Source: a virus (taxonomy: Duplodnaviria; Caudoviricetes). From it: 62,136 nucleotides of DNA. The position numbers and the translations under genes are program-made. How positions within the stretch are numbered: position 1 is the stretch's first letter; each line of letters opens with the position of its first letter. The notes below the pieces were generated by a model. The model saw only the letters and a program-made list of their open reading frames with translations. It ran no database searches and was not told the origin of the DNA. Shown one piece after another: positions 56,846 to 62,136 of this stretch. Location: positions 1 through 62,136 of the IMG/VR virus record IMGVR_UViG_3300036985_002914, one strand, 5' to 3'.

Positions 56846-57418
56846 ATGCCCATCGAATCGAGCAAAACTCAAGACATCGTAACTGCCTCCTCGGTTATGC
56901 GCCCAAACAACACGGATAGCGCAACAGGCGGTGGTATTTTTACTGTTACGTGCACAGGCGCTGATGGTCAGGTGAAATGGGAAGATACCTTTCACAATTT
57001 AGTGGTGAACGAAGGCTTGCAGTACATGAACCAATCGTTCTTCGCGGGCGTAGGCTACACGGCAGCTTGGTATTTAGGCCTGATTACTGGCCCCGGAGCG
57101 GGCAATACCTACCTAGCGGGTAATACACTTGCTTCGCATGTTTGGACGGAGAATACTAACTACACGGGAAACCGTAAGGCTATTACATTCGGCACGGCAA
57201 CAACTGCCGACCCGTCTGTTATCAGCAACTCTGCTTCGCCATCGACGTTTACCATAAATGCAAATGCGCAAGTTATCGCCGGGGCGTTGGTAGCAAGTGT
57301 AGATACAGGTACATCCGGGGTACTGTTCTCCGCGGGTAACTTTACTGGCGGCGATAAAACAGTAGATAGTGGGGATACGCTAAGTGTTACGTATTCATTC
57401 TCGCTTGACGCAGCGTAA
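56846..57418 (+). CDS. Tail structural protein
   Basis: NLVVNEGL, WYLGLI, GDTLSVTY. Confidence 0.7.
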   Translation: MPIESSKTQDIVTASSVMRPNNTDSATGGGIFTVTCTGADGQVKWEDTFHNLVVNEGLQYMNQSFFAGVGYTAAWYLGLITGPGAGNTYLAGNTLASHVWTENTNYTGNRKAITFGTATTADPSVISNSASPSTFTINANAQVIAGALVASVDTGTSGVLFSAGNFTGGDKTVDSGDTLSVTYSFSLDAA

Positions 57419-57430
57419 ATAGGAGCCGCC

Positions 57431-58144
57431 GTGTTTGGTGATGTCGCTTTCGCGCAGTCGCCTTTCGCGGCGTTAGGGGGTAATACTTTTAATGTATCTG
57501 CAGCAGCTTCAGCAGCAGCCGCATCAGCACTAACGGCTGAAAGCGCATTTGGTGGTTTTATAAGCGATTCGGCTACGGGAACGGAAGTAGTATCTAGTAA
57601 CAATAATGCGTTATTGGCATCCATTGTAGAAACGGCGCTTTCCGCGGAATCTTCAACAGTGTCAGCCAGTGTTAAAGCGGCTTTGTTAGAACAAGCGGTA
57701 GGGTCTGCAAGTCAAGTTAATACTGCAGCTATGCTGGCTGCAATAAATGAATCCGTAACGGGTAGTGAGGAATATTTTAAATATGCTGGGTATTTTAGTT
57801 CCATGGCAGAAGCTGCCGTAGCACTAGATAGCTTAGAGGCAGTAAGAGGATTTACCGCAGTAATTTCGGAAACCGCAGCAGGAAGTGAAACACAGAATGT
57901 GTCCGTAGCCTTTATTGGCACGGTGGAAGAATTTATAATTGCCTCTTCCACGCAAAGTGCAATAAAGACTACAAATGCAAATGTGGCTGGGGTACAGCTT
58001 TTTGTAGCTGTTGGGAATGCCTTGGTATGGGGGTCAGTGAATGACAATCAGACCCAAAACTGGCAGACTATTAATACCTCAAATGGGACATGGGTAAAGA
58101 TAGAAGATACACAAACTCCCGGTTGGACGCAGATTCCGTCGTAA
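57431..58144 (+). CDS. Ala/Ser-rich tail protein
   Basis: MFGDVAFAQSPFAAL start; Trp-repeat C-terminus. Confidence 0.65.
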   Translation: MFGDVAFAQSPFAALGGNTFNVSAAASAAAASALTAESAFGGFISDSATGTEVVSSNNNALLASIVETALSAESSTVSASVKAALLEQAVGSASQVNTAAMLAAINESVTGSEEYFKYAGYFSSMAEAAVALDSLEAVRGFTAVISETAAGSETQNVSVAFIGTVEEFIIASSTQSAIKTTNANVAGVQLFVAVGNALVWGSVNDNQTQNWQTINTSNGTWVKIEDTQTPGWTQIPS

Positions 58145-58153
58145 GGATACAAA

Positions 58154-60073
58154 ATGGCTTTAGTATTAGCAGATCGGGTAAAAGAGACTTCCACTACTGC
58201 GGGTACAGGCACGCTTACGCTTGGCGGAGCATCTACAGGATTTCAGTCTTTTGCCGCCGTTGGTAACGGAAATACTACTTACTATGCTATTTCCGATGCT
58301 GCGACAGGGGATTGGGAAGTAGGAATTGGTACCTACACGTCTTCTGGAACGACACTCTCCCGCGATACCGTTCTATCTTCCAGCGCCAGTGGCGCGTTAG
58401 TTACGTTTGGTGCTGGATCTAAGGATGTGTTTGTTACATATCCTTCTGAAAAGGGCGTATGGCTTGATGCTGCGGGCAAGTTTGTACAAACTACGTTCAC
58501 TAATCTAAGCGCAACGGGCACGGCTACTATAGGCACTGCTACGTTAACCGCCGGTACGGTTTCTACTACGCCTGCAAGTAATACCGACATTGCTAATAAG
58601 CAGTACGTAGACGGTCTGGTTACGCAAGGAATTTCGTACCATGAGCCTGTTTACGTTGAGTCTCCAAATACCGCAGGAAATTTAACTGCTTTGTATAACC
58701 AGCCCGGCGGGGTAGGGAATGGTGTAGGGGCTACGCTTACCAATAATGGTACTAAAGCAGCGTTGACCATTGACAATGTTCTGATGACGACCACTAAGCG
58801 GGTTCTCGTCTATAACCAGACAAACGCCTTTGAAAACGGTATTTATACAGTCACCACGGTAGGCACTCCCGATCCCGGAGGCACAAATTGGGTACTTACT
58901 CGTGCAACGGATGCCGATACATACGGTCTTCGCGATCCAGACGCTCTTGGCTTTAACGATGCTTTTTTCGTTACTAATGGGGACACGGGAGCGGGAGAAA
59001 CGTATGTATGTACAACTTCTGGAACTATTGTATTTGGCACGACGAACATTACGTTTGCCCAGATTAGTTCTGCGCAGGTTTACAGCGCCGGTACTGGGCT
59101 AAATCTTTTCCCTGCCACGACGTTTAATATTGCTAATACGACCGTATCGGCTAATACGTATGGCTCGGCGTCAGTGGTGCCGGTGTTTACGGTCAACGCA
59201 CAAGGGCAACTTACAGGGGTTACTGATACCACGATTGCTATTACTGGATCGCAAGTATCAGGCAACATTACTGGCCAAGCAGGATCGGTAGCTAATGCCC
59301 TAACTGCGGGTACGTACCTTACTAGCGGCGGCACATTCGACGGCTCTGTAGCGCGTACCTTTACAGTAGATGCCACATCGGCCAATACGGCCAGCAAAGT
59401 TGTGGCGCGGGATGCGTCTGGTAACTTCTCTGCTGGGACGGTTACAGCGGCCTTAACAGGTAATGCTACGACAGCAACAACGTCTACAAATGTGGCAGGC
59501 GGTGCGGCTAATCGGATTGTCTACAATACTGCGGCTAGTACCACTGGATATGCGGTAGCTCCTACAGTAGCCAGCACCCTGCTTAATTGGAACGGATCGG
59601 CGTTTACTTGGGTATCTGCTACAACTGCGCTAGGGTTTACGCCGGTACAACAGGGTGGTGGAACGGGGCAAGGAGCCAATAAGCTATATATTGGTTGGTT
59701 AGGCTCTGCTCTTGGCCTTACAGTTGATTCCACTAACTTTTCGTCAACGTGGCCTATTTCAGTTACAGGTAGCGCGGTAAACGTAGCGGGCGGCGCGGCC
59801 AGCCAGTTGCACTACCAAACCGGCGTTGGTACTACGGGATTTATTGCTAACGGCACATCCGGGCAATTCCTTCAGTCTAATGGCGCGTCAGTTCCTACAT
59901 GGGTCGCGGCTCCCGGTGCGCAAGCAGGTGGCGTAATATATGAAAACAGCTTGGTAATTAGCTCCAATTACACGCTGACAACGGCAAAAAATGGTATGTC
60001 TGTTGGGCCAATTACGATTAATTCAGGGGTTTCAGTTACAGTGCCGAGCGGTCAACGCTGGCTTGTTTTCTAA
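58154..60073 (+). CDS. Tail fibre protein
   Basis: MALVLADRVKETST, WVLTRATDAD, FTPVQQGGG fibre modules. Confidence 0.8.
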   Translation: MALVLADRVKETSTTAGTGTLTLGGASTGFQSFAAVGNGNTTYYAISDAATGDWEVGIGTYTSSGTTLSRDTVLSSSASGALVTFGAGSKDVFVTYPSEKGVWLDAAGKFVQTTFTNLSATGTATIGTATLTAGTVSTTPASNTDIANKQYVDGLVTQGISYHEPVYVESPNTAGNLTALYNQPGGVGNGVGATLTNNGTKAALTIDNVLMTTTKRVLVYNQTNAFENGIYTVTTVGTPDPGGTNWVLTRATDADTYGLRDPDALGFNDAFFVTNGDTGAGETYVCTTSGTIVFGTTNITFAQISSAQVYSAGTGLNLFPATTFNIANTTVSANTYGSASVVPVFTVNAQGQLTGVTDTTIAITGSQVSGNITGQAGSVANALTAGTYLTSGGTFDGSVARTFTVDATSANTASKVVARDASGNFSAGTVTAALTGNATTATTSTNVAGGAANRIVYNTAASTTGYAVAPTVASTLLNWNGSAFTWVSATTALGFTPVQQGGGTGQGANKLYIGWLGSALGLTVDSTNFSSTWPISVTGSAVNVAGGAASQLHYQTGVGTTGFIANGTSGQFLQSNGASVPTWVAAPGAQAGGVIYENSLVISSNYTLTTAKNGMSVGPITINSGVSVTVPSGQRWLVF

Positions 60074-60082
60074 GGAAATAAA

Positions 60083-60859
60083 ATGGCAGTCACAAATTTC
60101 TCACCCTTGCTTGGTCTGGCGCTACCGACTACCGGCGACTTGTCTGGCATTTGGGGCACTACAGTCAATACGTCTATTACCAACCTGCTTGATTCAGCGG
60201 TTGCGGGAACCACGACACTTAGCGCGGATGCTGATGTCACGCTAACAACCACTAACGGATCAGCTAACCAAGCCCGTAACGCGGTTATTCTTTGGACTGC
60301 TAGTAACGGCGCAACTACTCGATACATCACTGCTCCGGCGCAAAGTAAGGCGTACATCGTCATCAATGCCGGTACAGGGTCAATCGTTATTCGCGGCTCT
60401 GGCCCGACGACAGGTGTGACGGTTGCGGCAGGTCTAAAAGTATTAGTGGCGTGGAACGGTTCCGACTTTGTTAATGTATCGTCCAGCGTATTTATCGGCA
60501 CGGTTGTAGTTGAAGGAACGTCTTCGGCGGGCGCTCAGATTCAGCTTTATGAAGATACAGATAACGGCACAAATTATATTGGCTTGAAGGCTGCTGATGC
60601 GATGGCGGCAAGCGTAACTTATACTTTGCCCAATGCGGACGGAACGGCTAATCAGGCGCTGCTAACTAATGGTTCTGGCACGCTATCTTGGGGTACCGCA
60701 GGCGCATCGGCAGCAGGTAGTATTTACGTTAACAACGATGTAGTATCTACCAATTACACAATTGCGGCTGGCACGAACGGTTTCTCGGTGGGTCCTATGA
60801 CCATTAATACTGGAGTTTCAGTTACTGTATCTTCCGGCCAGCGCTGGGTTGTTTTATAA
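60083..60859 (+). CDS. Tail fibre-related protein
   Basis: WGTTVN N-terminus; C-terminus duplicated from 58154-60073. Confidence 0.7.
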   Translation: MAVTNFSPLLGLALPTTGDLSGIWGTTVNTSITNLLDSAVAGTTTLSADADVTLTTTNGSANQARNAVILWTASNGATTRYITAPAQSKAYIVINAGTGSIVIRGSGPTTGVTVAAGLKVLVAWNGSDFVNVSSSVFIGTVVVEGTSSAGAQIQLYEDTDNGTNYIGLKAADAMAASVTYTLPNADGTANQALLTNGSGTLSWGTAGASAAGSIYVNNDVVSTNYTIAAGTNGFSVGPMTINTGVSVTVSSGQRWVVL

Positions 60860-60870
60860 GAGGATAAGAG

Positions 60871-61620
60871 ATGAGTTCAATTTCAGCAGGTACATCAACA
60901 GGCACTGCGCTAGTTAGCACTGGCGATACTACGGGTGCGTTGCAACTACAAGTAAACGGCACAACGCCTTCTGTTACTTTAGCCGCAAACGGCTCTATTG
61001 GTGTTGGTTCTACGCCGGGCTACGGCACTAGCGGGCAGGTTCTGACAAGTGCGGGTTCTGCGGCGGCACCTACTTGGACTACTCCTACAACTAGCGGTTT
61101 GGTTTTTATTTCAAGCCAAACAGTTACCACTGCTTACCCCGGCGTTGCGTCTGTTGACTTTACAAGTGGCATTAGCTCAACGTATGACAACTACCAAATT
61201 GTTTTTTCAAACTTCAGAGTAAGCACGGGTGCAGCAAGAATTAGAATGAGATTGTATTCTGCTGGGGCATGGGCGACATCGTATACAAGTCTAGGCGCTT
61301 GGGGGCAAAGTGGTAGTGTGGTTGGTGCAGATATAAATGCTAGTCAAGCTTTTTTAGGGAATAACAATGGTGGCACGCCCACCTCAGACACAGTATGGAG
61401 TGGCACACTTACTTTAGGTGGGGTTAATACAAGTACAAGCTATGCGTCTACCGTTAATGGCGTTGTTGTCGGGGCGGGTAATACTAGCGCCTCTAGCACA
61501 ATAACAACAATGGGCGGAACAATGTCTGTTTCAGGCACTGTTACTGGGTTCCAACTTTATTTCTCTACTGGTAGCGTTTGGTTTGGTACAGTGGCTCTTT
61601 ACGGGATGGCAAAATCATGA
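60871..61620 (+). CDS. Tail fibre/adhesin-like protein
   Basis: GTSGQVLTSAG...PTW hinge followed by a beta-sandwich tip. Confidence 0.7.
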   Translation: MSSISAGTSTGTALVSTGDTTGALQLQVNGTTPSVTLAANGSIGVGSTPGYGTSGQVLTSAGSAAAPTWTTPTTSGLVFISSQTVTTAYPGVASVDFTSGISSTYDNYQIVFSNFRVSTGAARIRMRLYSAGAWATSYTSLGAWGQSGSVVGADINASQAFLGNNNGGTPTSDTVWSGTLTLGGVNTSTSYASTVNGVVVGAGNTSASSTITTMGGTMSVSGTVTGFQLYFSTGSVWFGTVALYGMAKS

Positions 61621-61787
61621 AAATTCTTGAGAATGGTATTGAGCGCGATGCTACGCCGCAAGAGGTTGCTGATTTTAATGAACGTCAAGCGGCCTACGTT
61701 CCTCCTACCCCAGCACCCGCCCCAACCAAAGAACAACTGCTTGCAGAGCTACAGGCTCTGACGGCTAAAATTCAAGCACTGGAGTAA
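61617..61787 (+). CDS. Small tail-fibre-associated protein, 56 aa
   Basis: MKILENGIERDAT...PAPTKEQLLAELQALTAKIQALE; paralog of 462-638. Confidence 0.8.
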   Translation: MKILENGIERDATPQEVADFNERQAAYVPPTPAPAPTKEQLLAELQALTAKIQALE

Positions 61788-61790
61788 ACG

Positions 61791-62136
61791 ATGGCAATCA
61801 TAATTGATGGCACAAACACCCCGACACTAGGCGGCGTAGGCTACGGAGATGGGTCTGAGCTTGCATTCACAGGTGCGGGGACTAGCGGGCAGGTATTGAC
61901 TTCGGCTGGTGGCGCTGCGCCTACGTGGGCTACCCCAACGCAGACATTTTCACTAATTTCTACAGCTACAGCAAGTGCTAGTTCAGTAATAGATTTTATA
62001 TTTTCTGGAAGTTATACTAATTATCAAATTATTGCTGCTAATGTTGTATCAAGCGTTTCTAATACAATATTACAATGCCAATTTTCTACAGACAATGGTG
62101 TTAGTTTTGATTCTACAGCGGGAAATTATCATTGGG
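61791..62136 (+). CDS. 5' part of tail fibre/adhesin-like protein continuing to 459
   Basis: MAIIIDGTNTP...GTSGQVLTSAGGAAPTW; open through window end. Confidence 0.8.
   Translation, partial: MAIIIDGTNTPTLGGVGYGDGSELAFTGAGTSGQVLTSAGGAAPTWATPTQTFSLISTATASASSVIDFIFSGSYTNYQIIAANVVSSVSNTILQCQFSTDNGVSFDSTAGNYHW

Noticed and set aside
62010-62136. 127-bp terminal direct repeat as a biological DTR
   Set aside because: Falls mid-gene and equals a typical assembler k-mer; indicates circular assembly only
58154-62136. Diversity-generating retroelement acting on tail fibres
   Set aside because: No reverse transcriptase ORF; repeat pairs do not differ specifically at adenines

Overview
Complete, circularly assembled genome of a dsDNA tailed phage (Caudoviricetes). 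Bases 62010-62136 repeat bases 1-127, so the unique length is about 62,009 bp. The architecture is podovirus-like: terminase large subunit, SLT-bearing virion protein, portal, GroES, scaffold, major capsid, head-tail adaptors, a long run of tail fibre/adhesin genes crossing the origin, holin plus GH24 endolysin, a tail stabilisation protein and four large internal/ejection proteins. No tape measure, sheath, integrase, RNA polymerase, tRNA or CRISPR array was found. The replication module holds a PD-(D/E)XK exonuclease, SNF2 helicase, putative SSB, AEP primase, UvrD helicase and a Leu762-type PolA. Most notable observations: (1) two canonical chromosomal parS sites with no phage parA/parB; (2) a minus-strand array of small genes built from shared DNA modules, whose junction carries the SD and stop/start overlap; (3) a ligase-fold plus HIGH-nucleotidyltransferase fusion inserted in the replication operon; (4) a recurring [FYLM]xxGG motif in virion-associated proteins; (5) several pseudoknotted or structured intergenic RNA candidates; (6) five early-gene leaders sharing a hairpin plus AGAGGATAGAGA motif. 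All calls come from motif recognition by eye; no database search was run.
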